DNA from: Campylobacterota bacterium
Lineage (GTDB): Bacteria > Babelota > Babeliae > Babelales > Chromulinivoraceae
Direction of reading: 5' to 3'
NCBI GenBank assembly: GCA_002721975.1
Contig: PBME01000008.1
Location: forward strand, 2,550 to 66,549
Length of the DNA stretch: 64,000 nucleotides
Positions 31,809-41,585 of this stretch are shown in pieces. The number at the start of each line of letters is the position of its first letter. The stretch's first letter is position 1. Below the pieces are notes generated by a model that was given only the letters and a program-made list of their open reading frames with translations, ran no database searches and was not told the origin of the DNA. The translations under genes and the position numbers were made by a program.

Positions 31809-31848
31809 GTTGATTCTTTTTTATGGCGTATATGTTACAAATCATTAT

Positions 31849-32499
31849 TTATTTTTTTTGAACCAAATTGATGTACGAAAGCAGATGAAATGTTAAAAAA
31901 GATGGTACTAAAAACATGCCAACAAAAACAAAAGGAAATACTGCTACCTCGTATGACTGAGCTAATGCAAATAGCTGTAGTGGACCTGGCATCGCAAAGT
32001 ATGACCATACAATATCACCAGCACCAAAGATGAGAAGTGTTTTTATAGCCCAAGTAGGAAGTTTTTTGTAATGATACACGATATAAAGAGCAAATAACCC
32101 AACTAATGTATCACCGCCGCCTGCAGGTATTGCGAATTGTGAAGAGATGTGTCCGGCATACATTTCGATATAAAATACAACACTTAGTAGTCGAAAAATT
32201 TGAAAGCCTGCTAATACTCGTTGATTTAAGTTGCTAAACCATTGACGATGAAACCATATTATGCATAATGGTATAAACCATGTTGCTGCTAGAATGTAGG
32301 TAAATATTGCTGGATTTTTAATTGTAGTACCATAATAGATTGATAGTGTAAATATGCTTGATCCAAGCAATGCAGTTAACCAACTAATGATAATTGCTTT
32401 GTTGTAGGGTAGTGCTAAAAACCAGTACATTGGGGTAATCAGTGCTGTAAATATTACAAGCATAGTAGATAAACAGTGTGCTTCAATTATTTGTATCAT
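31849..32499 (-). CDS. Polytopic membrane protein, function unknown
   Basis: 216 aa, about 6-7 hydrophobic segments. No family recognised. Confidence 0.5.
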   Translation of the reverse strand: MIQIIEAHCLSTMLVIFTALITPMYWFLALPYNKAIIISWLTALLGSSIFTLSIYYGTTIKNPAIFTYILAATWFIPLCIIWFHRQWFSNLNQRVLAGFQIFRLLSVVFYIEMYAGHISSQFAIPAGGGDTLVGLFALYIVYHYKKLPTWAIKTLLIFGAGDIVWSYFAMPGPLQLFALAQSYEVAVFPFVFVGMFLVPSFLTFHLLSYINLVQKK

Positions 32500-32634
32500 A
32501 CTCTTCCTTTTTTATTTAATATTTAGAAGCTGTAAGTTTGGGGTTCAAAAATATCTTTAGATGTAGATTTATATTTTTGATATCAAGTGTCAATAGTTTG
32601 TTGAGCCTATCTTTTTTGTTCTTGGTATGTTAAC

Positions 32635-32668
32635 AAATATTGCTTTTCATGATGTAAAAGCAATATTT
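32635..32668 (-). terminator. Hairpin downstream of the S41-like gene (putative terminator)
   Basis: aaatattgctttt (32635-32647) pairs perfectly with aaaagcaatattt (32656-32668), 13 bp stem and 8 nt loop. On the minus strand it is followed by a T-containing tract. Confidence 0.45.
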
Positions 32669-32754
32669 TACGTTTAAAGCCTGTACGATAGTCACTGATT
32701 TGCTTGTGATACAACTCGATAAGTTTTTTGAAGGTTAATTTTGCTTGTTCACCA

Positions 32755-33891
32755 TTACCATAATTTTGTAATGGTATCTTCTATCCATTTTTGTTCTTGA
32801 TCAGATGTTAAGTCATCTGGGAATGGTATATCAGGCATGAAAAATCCTTTTGATGTATAATTGCGAATAACAGCTGTAGGTAATGAGAGCATAAATCTTT
32901 GACTTGGAAGTACAAGTGGACGACTATCCCAGTAAGGTGCGTCGCCATCAGTTTTTTGGCCAATGAGTAATACATTGTGATATAATTGTTTCAGTTCGTT
33001 GATAAACATAAGACAAGATCCTCCTGTTTTATAATTCATGAGAACAATGATCTTGGCTGTTACAGTATTCTCAGAAGGGGAAGCTCCTGTGATAGGTTCG
33101 CTTGCTGTAGTGTTTGCGCGATAAAAGAGTTGTTTGTTTTCTAATGCTTGTTCCATACCTTGTACAAGTTTTTGTGCTTGTTCAAACTGTTCAGAATTTT
33201 GTCCAAATTGCATTTTGCTTCTTGTTGCTATATCAACAACAGATGCGATGTTTTCTCTTGTTACTCTCCACTCTTTGAAGACATCTGCATAGAGTGTATC
33301 TCGTACTTGGTCTACATATGGTGAAGTAAATAAGCTTTCGAGTAGAGCTGTACCCCAGCGAGAGTCTCCACCTAAATTATTACGTACATCAAGGACAATA
33401 CATTTTGTAGTTTGATGCTTTGGCAATTCTGCAATGATATGATTTATTTTTGCTTCAGTTCTATCAGTAATGATCCAAGTTGGTAGATTGATCCATATAA
33501 GATCTGGTGATTTTTGTTCTATATAAAAATCGCTCGTGGTTTCTATTAAATCATAATAAAAGTTGAAACCATATACTTCTAGATATGCTGGCTGTATAGT
33601 TTTTGCATAGGTTTGTAATAGATTGAGATGATCTGACTCTGTGTAAACATACGTAATATTTTTTTGTGCTTGTTGGTATGCTTTATGCATTTTTATAAGG
33701 AAATCTGGATCATCATTGTTGTGTGGGCCAGGGTGATGGTCAAGGATGTTTTGGTGTATGAAGTCTAAATCAGTTTGTGTTTCTTTTTGTATAGTCATTT
33801 TATGAAGTATTAAGGGGGCTATGGAAATAAAGGTAAGTAAAAGATAGCGAATTTTTTTTGAAGACATAATGTTTTTTATAAAAAGAAGCAT
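32755..33891 (-). CDS. Peptidase S41-like (tail-specific protease family) secreted protein
   Basis: 378 aa. Leader YLLLTFISIAPLIL. VLDVRNNLGGDS (S41 DxRxNxGG-type motif), KTGGSCLMFINEL, IGQKTDGD. Confidence 0.5.
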   Translation of the reverse strand: MLLFIKNIMSSKKIRYLLLTFISIAPLILHKMTIQKETQTDLDFIHQNILDHHPGPHNNDDPDFLIKMHKAYQQAQKNITYVYTESDHLNLLQTYAKTIQPAYLEVYGFNFYYDLIETTSDFYIEQKSPDLIWINLPTWIITDRTEAKINHIIAELPKHQTTKCIVLDVRNNLGGDSRWGTALLESLFTSPYVDQVRDTLYADVFKEWRVTRENIASVVDIATRSKMQFGQNSEQFEQAQKLVQGMEQALENKQLFYRANTTASEPITGASPSENTVTAKIIVLMNYKTGGSCLMFINELKQLYHNVLLIGQKTDGDAPYWDSRPLVLPSQRFMLSLPTAVIRNYTSKGFFMPDIPFPDDLTSDQEQKWIEDTITKLW

Positions 33892-33930
33892 TTATTTATA
33901 TATTTACTATACAGGATTTACTCATAAAAA

Positions 33931-34518
33931 TCATCTTAGTTGATTATACTTCCAACAGTCTTGTAAGTGATCATCAACTAATCCTACTGCTTGCATGTAT
34001 GCATATATAATCGTTGACCCTACAAATTTCATACCACGTTTTTTGAGATCTGTTGATATAGCATCGCTTATTGGTGTTGTAGTAGGTACTTGTTGAAAAT
34101 TTTTCCAATGGTTTTTAATAGGTTTATTGTGAACAAAAGACCATAAGTATTTTGCAAAAGAATTATATTCTTTTTGTATGCGTATAAATACTTGTGCATT
34201 AGTACGAGCTGCATATATTTTTAAACGGTTTTTAATAATAGCATCATTTGTACGTAAAGCTTCTAACTCAGAGTCGTTCATGCTAGCAACTTTGACAACG
34301 TCAAAATGATAAAATGCATTGCGATATCCTTGACGTTTTTTGAGTACTGTTTCCCAGCTGAGTCCTGCTTGTGCACCTTCTAAGATTAACATTTCAAATA
34401 ATGTATGATCGTCATACACTGGTATACCCCATTCATGATCGTGATAATCAGCATAAAATTTTTGATTAGGTTTGTTACCAAAGCATCTATGTTTATCATT
34501 TTTATTAACTGCTAACAT
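33931..34518 (-). CDS. tag: DNA-3-methyladenine glycosylase I
   Basis: 195 aa. YHDHEWGIPVYDD, FEMLILEGAQAGLSWETVLKKR, and the Tag-typical C-terminal His/Cys. Confidence 0.92.
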   Translation of the reverse strand: MLAVNKNDKHRCFGNKPNQKFYADYHDHEWGIPVYDDHTLFEMLILEGAQAGLSWETVLKKRQGYRNAFYHFDVVKVASMNDSELEALRTNDAIIKNRLKIYAARTNAQVFIRIQKEYNSFAKYLWSFVHNKPIKNHWKNFQQVPTTTPISDAISTDLKKRGMKFVGSTIIYAYMQAVGLVDDHLQDCWKYNQLR

Positions 34519-34527
34519 ACATATTTC

Positions 34528-35142
34528 CTAAATATTGTTGAGTATGCTTTCAACTATGGTTACATGTTTTTTTTGTTCTTTTTTCCAAGAAGTTAAGATT
34601 GATTTTTTTGTTGCTGTTGGATTATGTATTATAAAATTTTGTACAAAATTAATATAGGCCCACTCTTGCTTAGGGTCAAATTTTGCTTCTTTTTGTTTGT
34701 TATAGGTAGCTTGCCACATGGTTGCAAATTCTTGGTATGTAGGAGGATTGCCTTCTAGCCAACGTTGATTAATCCAGTCAATACCAAAGGCGGTAAAGTG
34801 AAAATGATTACCAATTAATTGTTTAAAAAAATTTCGAGTTTTTAGATCATTTTTGTAAGCACCTTTGACGATGAGGGTGTTAGGATCTAACGGGTATATT
34901 TTGTTTTTTTGTGCGTACGAAACTTTTGGAATAACAGGATTTTTTTTAATTGTACCAGTTTCAAGGTACTGTATAATGCTGTCAATTAATAACAGTTTTT
35001 TACCTTGCTTTGGTATATTAAGTTGTATGCAAATATTTTGAAGTTCTTTCATTTTAAGATAGATTAACGATTTTTTTAGTTGAGTAATTTCTTGTGATTT
35101 GAGAAGGGGAAATGCTTTGTGAGCATTTTCTTTTTTATTCAT
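34528..35142 (-). CDS. SAP-domain-like protein, function unknown
   Basis: 204 aa. LKMKELQNICIQLNIPKQGKKLLLIDSIIQYLETG resembles a SAP helix-extended-loop-helix. The remainder is not recognised with confidence. Confidence 0.45.
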   Translation of the reverse strand: MNKKENAHKAFPLLKSQEITQLKKSLIYLKMKELQNICIQLNIPKQGKKLLLIDSIIQYLETGTIKKNPVIPKVSYAQKNKIYPLDPNTLIVKGAYKNDLKTRNFFKQLIGNHFHFTAFGIDWINQRWLEGNPPTYQEFATMWQATYNKQKEAKFDPKQEWAYINFVQNFIIHNPTATKKSILTSWKKEQKKHVTIVESILNNI

Positions 35143-35213
35143 GATTTGTTATATCCTTATAAACGTAATTACTGACGTAGCTTTTATTATATAGCTAATT
35201 AAGGAGAAAAGTT

Positions 35214-35798
35214 GTGAAAAAAGCTTTTATTATTAATGGGCATCATTATTATTCTTTTTCAAAAGGCGAGTTAAATAAAGAATTAGCACGTAGAATACAA
35301 GAGCAGCTCAAAGCAAAAGGGTATGAATGTAAATATACCCATGTAGATAATGAGTGGAACGTTGAAGAAGAGTTGAAAAAGCATATGTGGGCAGATGTTA
35401 TTATTGTACAATCTCCTATTAACTGGATGTCTGTTTCTTGGAAAATGAAAAAATATATGGATGAAGTTTATTCAGCAGGTATGCAAGGACAATTATGTAA
35501 AGGAGATGGCCGAAGTAAAGAGAATCCTGATGGAGAATATGGATCATCAGGTACTTTATCTACAACAAAATATATGTTGTCATTAACAACGAATGCACCT
35601 GAAACATCATTTAATAATCCAGATAGTTTTTTATTTCAAGGAAAGAGTATTGATGATCTATGGTTTTTTATGCATGTTAATTTTCGTTTTTTTGGCATGA
35701 AGCAGATACCGACTTTTACATGTTATGATGTTTTAAAAAATCCTACAATAGAACAAGATTTCGAAAGATTAAAGCAACATATTAATAATCATTTTTAA
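35214..35798 (+). CDS. mdaB: NAD(P)H:quinone oxidoreductase MdaB (flavodoxin-like fold)
   Basis: 194 aa. Full-length resemblance to recalled E. coli MdaB (IINGH..., WADVIIVQSPINWMSVSWKMKKYMDEV, YGSSGTL..KYMLSLTTNAP, FGM..IPTF). Confidence 0.85.
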   Translation: MKKAFIINGHHYYSFSKGELNKELARRIQEQLKAKGYECKYTHVDNEWNVEEELKKHMWADVIIVQSPINWMSVSWKMKKYMDEVYSAGMQGQLCKGDGRSKENPDGEYGSSGTLSTTKYMLSLTTNAPETSFNNPDSFLFQGKSIDDLWFFMHVNFRFFGMKQIPTFTCYDVLKNPTIEQDFERLKQHINNHF

Positions 35799-35818
35799 GT
35801 ATAAATGTATATAAAAAT

Positions 35819-35845
35819 AAAAGGTAGCATATAGCTACCTTTTGT
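35819..35845 (+). terminator. Rho-independent terminator after mdaB
   Basis: aaaaggtagc-atata-gctacctttt, followed by tgtatt. Confidence 0.65.
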
Positions 35846-35849
35846 ATTC

Positions 35850-35941
35850 TGGAGGAGAGAGAGGGATTCGAACCCTCGATCCCGGATTAACGAGATAACG
35901 GTTTTCAAGACCGCCGCTTTCGACCACTCAGCCACCTCTCC
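35850..35941 (-). tRNA. tRNA-Ser (anticodon UGA), CCA encoded
   Basis: Reverse complement GGAGAGGTGGCTGAGTGG...GCGGT-CTTGAAA-ACCGT...long variable arm...GAGGGTTCGAATCCCTC-TCTCTCC-T-CCA. Cloverleaf checked by hand. Confidence 0.9.
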
Positions 35942-36114
35942 GAAATGTAAAATTTCAATAGATTTAATAATATTTTACGTCAAATTACGTTAAAATCAAG
36001 CATAATCAATAATTTTTATGAAGAAATTTTATTTTATCTAGAATTATTGTTTATTGCTTTTAGAGTTAGTTACTATTTAGCTGGTTGTATAGGTAATCTA
36101 AACAAAGGGCTTAT

Positions 36115-36570
36115 ATGTTTGTGTGGTTAAGTTGGATAGTATCATTTCAAGTAATTGGATATATATTAGGAAGCATGAATCAATCTTCTGTTACAGGTTG
36201 GTATCAAACATTGTACAAGTCATCGTTAACTCCTTCAGGTTATGTATTTGGTATAGTTTGGCCTGTGTTATATGTGTGTTTAGCTTTAGTTGGTTATCAT
36301 ATTTGGCAAGATAAAAAATCATGTTTTTGTCTTAAAATATTTTTTGTTCTGCAAATGATATTAAATTGGTCTTGGACAATTATTTTTTTTCATTGCCAAG
36401 CTTTATTACTTTCATGGATTACTATAGGGTTGATGATACTGTTAACTGCTATTTTGTTGGCAAAGACATATAAAAATAAACCGTATATAACAATACTGTT
36501 GGTGCCTTATTTTATTTGGATATGTTTTGCTTTTTACTTGAGTGTATATATTTGGATTTATAATGCTTAA
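36115..36570 (+). CDS. tspO: TspO/MBR family tryptophan-rich sensory protein
   Basis: 151 aa, 5 TM segments. WYQTLYKSSLTPSGYVFGIVWPVLY and LNWSWTIIFF. Confidence 0.85.
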   Translation: MFVWLSWIVSFQVIGYILGSMNQSSVTGWYQTLYKSSLTPSGYVFGIVWPVLYVCLALVGYHIWQDKKSCFCLKIFFVLQMILNWSWTIIFFHCQALLLSWITIGLMILLTAILLAKTYKNKPYITILLVPYFIWICFAFYLSVYIWIYNA

Positions 36571-36649
36571 TATGCTTTATGTTTGACATCGTAAGTGGCT
36601 AATTTAAACTAAAATTAAATACATCTTATATTCATAAAGAAAGTTATCT

Positions 36650-37861
36650 ATGGCTGATTCTTTGTATCAAAGAAATTATGGTAAATTTATATTTATAGCA
36701 TCGTTATGTGGTGCTTTATCAGGATATTATCTTTGGTATCCTGCAATATTTTTTGCTGATTTTGTATCTAAACTATTTGTGAACGTTCTTGAGTTGATTA
36801 GTATACCTCTTATATTTCTTTCAATAGTATCTACTATTTCAGGCATGAAATCATTTAAGGAAATGAAGATTCTTGGCAAAACAGTATTAAAATATACGCT
36901 TTTTACAACAATTATTGCTGCAACAATTGGGTTGTTATTGTATATTATCATTAATCCTGCATCTATTGTTGATATAGTTTCAGATAAAAATGTTCAAAGT
37001 ACTTTGTTAACAGGATCGTATGCTCATTTTGTCAGTAATTTAATTCCTTCGAATATTGTTCAATTATTTGGTCAAAATGGTAATGTAGCAGCAATAGTTT
37101 TTTTCGCTTTGCTTGTGAGTTTTGCAACGTTACAATTGCCTAAAGAAAACAAAGATTTTTTGCATACTTTGTTTTCAAGTTTGTTTGGGATGATGTTACA
37201 AGTAGCTCATTTTGTAGTATTATTATTGCCTATAGGTGTTTTTGGTTTTGTAACTCAGTTATTTTATAATGTGCAAACGCAGCAACATGAAATAGCAAGT
37301 TTGGCATGGTATGCTATTTGTGTATTGTTAGCTAACGTTGTACAAGGTGTTTTTGTGTTACCTTTATTGTTATGGTATAAAGGTATTTCTCCAATGTATT
37401 ATTTTAAACAAGTTTCACAGGCTTTAGCGTTAGCATTTTTGTCTAAATCTTCTAATACAGCATTACCTGTTAGTTTATCATGTGCTTCTCGTGCGGGAGT
37501 ATCAGAACGTGTTGCTTCGTTTACATTGCCATTATGTTCTACTATCAACATGAATGGTTGTGCTGCATTTATGTTGATTACAGTATTGTTTGTTTCTATG
37601 AGTCATGGCATGACGTATTCATTATTTGATATGATTATGTGGATTTTCATTGTAACTGCGGCAGCAATTGGAAATGCTGGTGTTCCTATGGGATGTTACT
37701 TTTTAGCTAATGCTTTTTTAGCTGGAATGGATGTGCCATTATATTTATTAGGAGCAATTTTACCACTATATACTTTTTTTGATATGGTTGAAACAGCATT
37801 GAATGTATGGTCAGATTTAGTGGTAGCTGCAGTTGTAGATAAAGATTTAACAAATAAATAA
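36650..37861 (+). CDS. Dicarboxylate/amino acid:cation symporter (DAACS family)
   Basis: 403 aa polytopic. SKSSNTALPVS, STINMNGCA, AAIGNAGVP, DMVETALNVWSD. Confidence 0.85.
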   Translation: MADSLYQRNYGKFIFIASLCGALSGYYLWYPAIFFADFVSKLFVNVLELISIPLIFLSIVSTISGMKSFKEMKILGKTVLKYTLFTTIIAATIGLLLYIIINPASIVDIVSDKNVQSTLLTGSYAHFVSNLIPSNIVQLFGQNGNVAAIVFFALLVSFATLQLPKENKDFLHTLFSSLFGMMLQVAHFVVLLLPIGVFGFVTQLFYNVQTQQHEIASLAWYAICVLLANVVQGVFVLPLLLWYKGISPMYYFKQVSQALALAFLSKSSNTALPVSLSCASRAGVSERVASFTLPLCSTINMNGCAAFMLITVLFVSMSHGMTYSLFDMIMWIFIVTAAAIGNAGVPMGCYFLANAFLAGMDVPLYLLGAILPLYTFFDMVETALNVWSDLVVAAVVDKDLTNK

Positions 37862-37882
37862 GAGATAAAATTTATACATAAT

Positions 37883-37911
37883 AAAAAGCCACTGAATTTC
37901 AGTGGCTTTTT
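37883..37911. terminator. Bidirectional terminator
   Basis: AAAAA-gccactga-att-tcagtggc-TTTTT between convergent genes. Abuts the rimK stop at 37913-37915. Confidence 0.75.
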
Positions 37912-37912
37912 A

Positions 37913-38827
37913 TTATGATGTACTTTTGCCAAGTTTGACTGCTATGTAATCAAGCATTTGCTCTGCTACACCTATACCAACTATTCTTTCAAGTCCGTTA
38001 AATCCAGGTGATGAGTTTGCTTCGCAAATTTGGTAACCATCTTTATCAAGTAAAAAATCAATACCAATAATATCTAAATTAAATAATCTATTTATTTCTA
38101 GTGCTAGCATTTCTAATTCTGGTGTCATATCGTATTTTTCTACTTGACCGCCTTGAGAAAAGTTTGCTTTAAAGTCACCTGCTTTTGCTACTCGTTTCAT
38201 GCATCCAACAATTTTGCCCCCGATAAGAACAACTCGAATATCTTTGCCATGAGATGCTGAAATATATTCTTGAAATATAATGTTTGCGTGAGGTGTTTTA
38301 TGTTGTATGTCAGACATAAGATTAATAACATCTTCTTCATTGTTGCATAGATATACACCTTTTCCTTTAGATCCTGATATTTGTTTTACAACTACAGGGA
38401 ATCCAAATTCTTTTTTGATAAGATGAATATCAACTGGAAACTTGACTAACATTGTTTTGGGTGTTGGAAGGTTACTTTGGCAAAGAATTTGTTGACTATG
38501 AAGTTTATCTCCTACCGTTTCGATTGCTTGTGGAGAGTTACATACGTAAACCCCGAGATACTCAAGTTGACGCAAAATTGAAAAGCCAAAATAAGTAGTT
38601 TCTGCACCAATGCGAGGAATAATAAAATCAGGCAATGGGTGTGGTTTATGATCTAATAAAATACTTTTACGATCATGACGTGTAACCACAAGTTCAAATC
38701 GTTCAGGTGTTACGATTGTTAAATCTATATTTTTTTGTTTTGCTGCTTCAAGTAAACGGAGTACGCTATAGTCATCCGGTTGTACTAACTTGTCAACATC
38801 TGTGTGATAAAGGATCCAGCCCTTCAT
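37913..38827 (-). CDS. rimK: RimK-family ATP-grasp alpha-L-glutamate ligase
   Basis: 304 aa. ATP-grasp pattern (PVVVKQISGSKGKGVYL, QEYI..S.GKDIRV.LIGGK, EANSSPGF). Confidence 0.8.
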   Translation of the reverse strand: MKGWILYHTDVDKLVQPDDYSVLRLLEAAKQKNIDLTIVTPERFELVVTRHDRKSILLDHKPHPLPDFIIPRIGAETTYFGFSILRQLEYLGVYVCNSPQAIETVGDKLHSQQILCQSNLPTPKTMLVKFPVDIHLIKKEFGFPVVVKQISGSKGKGVYLCNNEEDVINLMSDIQHKTPHANIIFQEYISASHGKDIRVVLIGGKIVGCMKRVAKAGDFKANFSQGGQVEKYDMTPELEMLALEINRLFNLDIIGIDFLLDKDGYQICEANSSPGFNGLERIVGIGVAEQMLDYIAVKLGKSTS

Positions 38828-38992
38828 AATAGTAGTTCTTTCCTCAAAAAAGACGATTGATATGATATTTTGATTTGTACCAGAAATCTATTATTTTGCA
38901 ATTACAATATGTATTTTCTTTGCTATTTAAATAAATCAGGGTAGACTGTTTTGTATAAATTTTTAATTTTTTTTACAAAAAAGTGCAAAAAA

Positions 38993-39589
38993 ATGAATTT
39001 TGATTTTTATATACAAACAAGTAAGTCATTAGTACAGCTATTTCAGCCATTGATCGAAATAGTTGTTCATGATCTTGCTACTAAGAAAATTATTTTTATA
39101 GATGGATTTTTATCTAAGCGAAAGAAAAATGATCCATCTTTGATAGATGAAGATATCGCGAACAAGGCACACAATATTGATCAAATTGTATATACAAAAT
39201 TAAATTTTGATGGTCGGCTTATTAAATCAGTATCGATTCCAATCAAAGAGAAAAATAAAATAGTAGGTTTGTGGTGTTTTAATTACGATGTCACCCATTT
39301 TAAGGATTTTCAGCAAATTGCTCATATTGCTTTGCAAGAAAATGTTAAAAGAAAGCCAACTGTTTTATTTGAAAATGATTGGCAAGATAAAATTAATCAA
39401 TTTATTTACAACTATCTTAAAGAACATAACTTACAGTTTAATTCTCTTGCAAACAAAGAAAAAAAAGAAATTATTTATAGCCTTTATAAAAAAAATGCAT
39501 TTCGAGAAAAAAATGCTGCTGACTACATTGCAAAAACAATGAATATATCTCGATCTACTGTGTTTAATTATTTACGTGAATGGAAATAA
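38993..39589 (+). CDS. YheO-like transcriptional regulator (PAS-like N-domain + C-terminal HTH)
   Basis: ORF track gives 38951 (TTG). The ATG at 38993 gives MNFDFYIQTSKSLVQLFQPLIEIVVHDL... (YheO-like EvVvHD signature). C-terminal AADYIAKTMNISRSTVFNYLRE is the HTH. Confidence 0.65.
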   Translation: MNFDFYIQTSKSLVQLFQPLIEIVVHDLATKKIIFIDGFLSKRKKNDPSLIDEDIANKAHNIDQIVYTKLNFDGRLIKSVSIPIKEKNKIVGLWCFNYDVTHFKDFQQIAHIALQENVKRKPTVLFENDWQDKINQFIYNYLKEHNLQFNSLANKEKKEIIYSLYKKNAFREKNAADYIAKTMNISRSTVFNYLREWK

Positions 39590-39590
39590 C

Positions 39591-40715
39591 ATGAATCTTA
39601 ATAAGTTTTTATTAGAAGATTATTATGAGCAACATGAGTTTAAAACTCAATATATGTTAAGTAGTTCTGACCCTGAAACTTGGTCTCTTCAAAATCTATT
39701 AGATATGGCAACTCAAAAACAGTTACAATTATGGAACAATCAAACCTTTGGGTATACAGAAGTTAGAGGTCTGCCTTTATTGCGTGAGACAATTGTTAAG
39801 CAGCTGTATCCACAATTTTTACCGGATAATGTTTTATGTTTTGCTGGGGCAGAAGAAGGAATATTTTGTTCTTTATTAACACTTTGTTCTGCTCAAGATC
39901 ATGTTATTGTTGTAACGCCTTGTTATCAATCATTAAAAGAAATACCTCAATTTGTTGGTTGTGCTGTTACTGAAGTTGCTTTAGAAGAGAAATCAAATTG
40001 GAACATAGATATAGATAGTATTGCTGCTGCGATTAAGCCTAATACGAAAGTTGTAGTGATTAATTTTCCCCATAATCCAACAGGACAAATTATTTCACAA
40101 CAAGAGTTGCAAGAACTTGTATTGCTTCTTAAGAAACATGATATTTGGCTTTTTTCAGATGAAGTATATCGCTTGTTAAGTCATCAATCGTTAACCTGGG
40201 CAGATCCTGCTGCAGTTTTGTATGATAAGGCAATTTCTTTAGGTGTCATGAGTAAAGCATATGGATTACCAGGATTAAGAATAGGGTGGATAGCTTGTCA
40301 AGATAAAACTATTTTACAACAGATAACACAAGCAAAGCATTATACAAGTCTTTGTTCGAGTGGTCCTGCTGAAATTTTAGCTGCAATTGCACTAGATAAT
40401 CAAAAATTGCTTCTTAATCGTAATCGAAAAATTTTATCTAAAAATATTGCAATATTGGATATGTTTTTTTCAAAATATTCTGATTGTTTTTCATGGGTAC
40501 GACCTCAAGCTGGGTGTACTGGGTTTGTCAGATATAAGGGAAAACTTCCTATTGAATCTTTGTGTCAACAAGTAAGAGAACAGCAAGGCGTTTTATTGCT
40601 TCCTAGCTCGGTGTATGATGTGCAAGAAAGTTATTTTAGAATAGGTTTTGGTCGATCAAATATGCAAGAAGCATTACAGCGATTTGAGCATTTTTTACAA
40701 AGTGAAGGGTGTTAA
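39591..40715 (+). CDS. PLP-dependent aminotransferase, class I/II
   Basis: ORF track gives 39576 (GTG). The ATG at 39591 is 1 nt after the upstream stop. NFPHNPTG, SDEVY, MSKAYGLPGLRIGW (PLP lysine). Confidence 0.85.
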   Translation: MNLNKFLLEDYYEQHEFKTQYMLSSSDPETWSLQNLLDMATQKQLQLWNNQTFGYTEVRGLPLLRETIVKQLYPQFLPDNVLCFAGAEEGIFCSLLTLCSAQDHVIVVTPCYQSLKEIPQFVGCAVTEVALEEKSNWNIDIDSIAAAIKPNTKVVVINFPHNPTGQIISQQELQELVLLLKKHDIWLFSDEVYRLLSHQSLTWADPAAVLYDKAISLGVMSKAYGLPGLRIGWIACQDKTILQQITQAKHYTSLCSSGPAEILAAIALDNQKLLLNRNRKILSKNIAILDMFFSKYSDCFSWVRPQAGCTGFVRYKGKLPIESLCQQVREQQGVLLLPSSVYDVQESYFRIGFGRSNMQEALQRFEHFLQSEGC

Positions 40716-40716
40716 T

Positions 40717-41421
40717 ATGCAGTTTAAGATTGATACTAAGATTATGCAACAATTTCCTGATGTTACAATAGGGGTATTAGTTGGAAAAAATGTAAACAAT
40801 AATGGTGAAAGTGATATAACAACTACATTATTGTTAGAAATAATTAATAATCTAAAAATGACATACAAAGTTGAAGATATAACCTCCATTCCAAAAATTA
40901 ATGAATGGCGTAATGCTTATAAATTATTTGGATGTAAACCTTCAAAATACCATAGTTCTATAGAATCATTGTTGCGTAGGGTTTTAAAAAATAAACCTAT
41001 GCCGACTATTAGCCCATTAGTAGATTGTTACAATTATATATCATTAAAGTATTTTGTTCCGGCTGGTGGCGGAGATTTAGATAAGATACACGGAGACATT
41101 GCACTAACAGTAGCAACTGGAAATGAGCAATTTATGTTACTGGGAACAAATGATTTGCAGAATATAGCAGCTTCTGAAGTGATTTATACTGATCAAAATA
41201 AAGTGCTGTGTCGAGCATGGAATTATAGAGAGTCAGAGCAATCTAAAATAACAGATGATACTCAAAACGTTTATTTAGTTTTAGAAGGTTTATCTCATAC
41301 ATCTTATGATGAAATGCAACAAGCTTTGCATGAATTACAGAATCTTGTATCTAAATATTGTGGTGGAACATTTACTCAATTTATTTTAGATCAAAATAAT
41401 GTAGGTCGAAACATTTCATAA
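40717..41421 (+). CDS. B3/B4 tRNA-binding-domain protein (PheT B3/4-like stand-alone)
   Basis: The ATG at 40717 follows GAAGGG and is 1 nt after the aminotransferase stop. WRNAYKLFGCKPSKYHSSIESLLRRVLKNKPMPTISPLVDCYNYISLKYFVPAGGGDLDKI...CRAWNYRESEQSKIT. Confidence 0.8.
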   Translation: MQFKIDTKIMQQFPDVTIGVLVGKNVNNNGESDITTTLLLEIINNLKMTYKVEDITSIPKINEWRNAYKLFGCKPSKYHSSIESLLRRVLKNKPMPTISPLVDCYNYISLKYFVPAGGGDLDKIHGDIALTVATGNEQFMLLGTNDLQNIAASEVIYTDQNKVLCRAWNYRESEQSKITDDTQNVYLVLEGLSHTSYDEMQQALHELQNLVSKYCGGTFTQFILDQNNVGRNIS

Positions 41422-41490
41422 TCAATAATTGGTAGGACTACGAATATCGAAATAAATTTTTTTAAAGATCTTTTTTGATCACAGTATTTG

Positions 41491-41585
41491 GAACTTGAGC
41501 AGAAAGTTTCTATCATTTTAATAAAGAATTTTAAATTATTTGAATATAAAAACAGTACATGTAACAAAGTATTTTGGTGTGCCCG
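41491..41585. repeat. Direct repeat copy A: degenerate hydrolase 3' end + spacer + last 11 nt of tRNA-Arg
   Basis: 41519-41585 aligns with 44697-44764. I count 4 substitutions and 1 indel over 67/68 nt. It ends with tggtgtgcccg, the reverse complement of CGGGCACACCA (the tRNA 3' end), then diverges. Weaker similarity extends back to 41491 (gaacttgagcagaa vs gaacttaagcaaaa). Confidence 0.85.

Noticed and set aside
32500-32754. ATG-less open frame on the minus strand downstream of the S41-like gene (GEQAKLTFKKLIELYHKQISDYRTGFKRKILLLHHEKQYLLTYQEQKR*)
   Set aside because: It has no start codon, is only ~49 codons long, and contains the 13-bp terminator-like hairpin. It could be a gene remnant, but I cannot support that from sequence alone.
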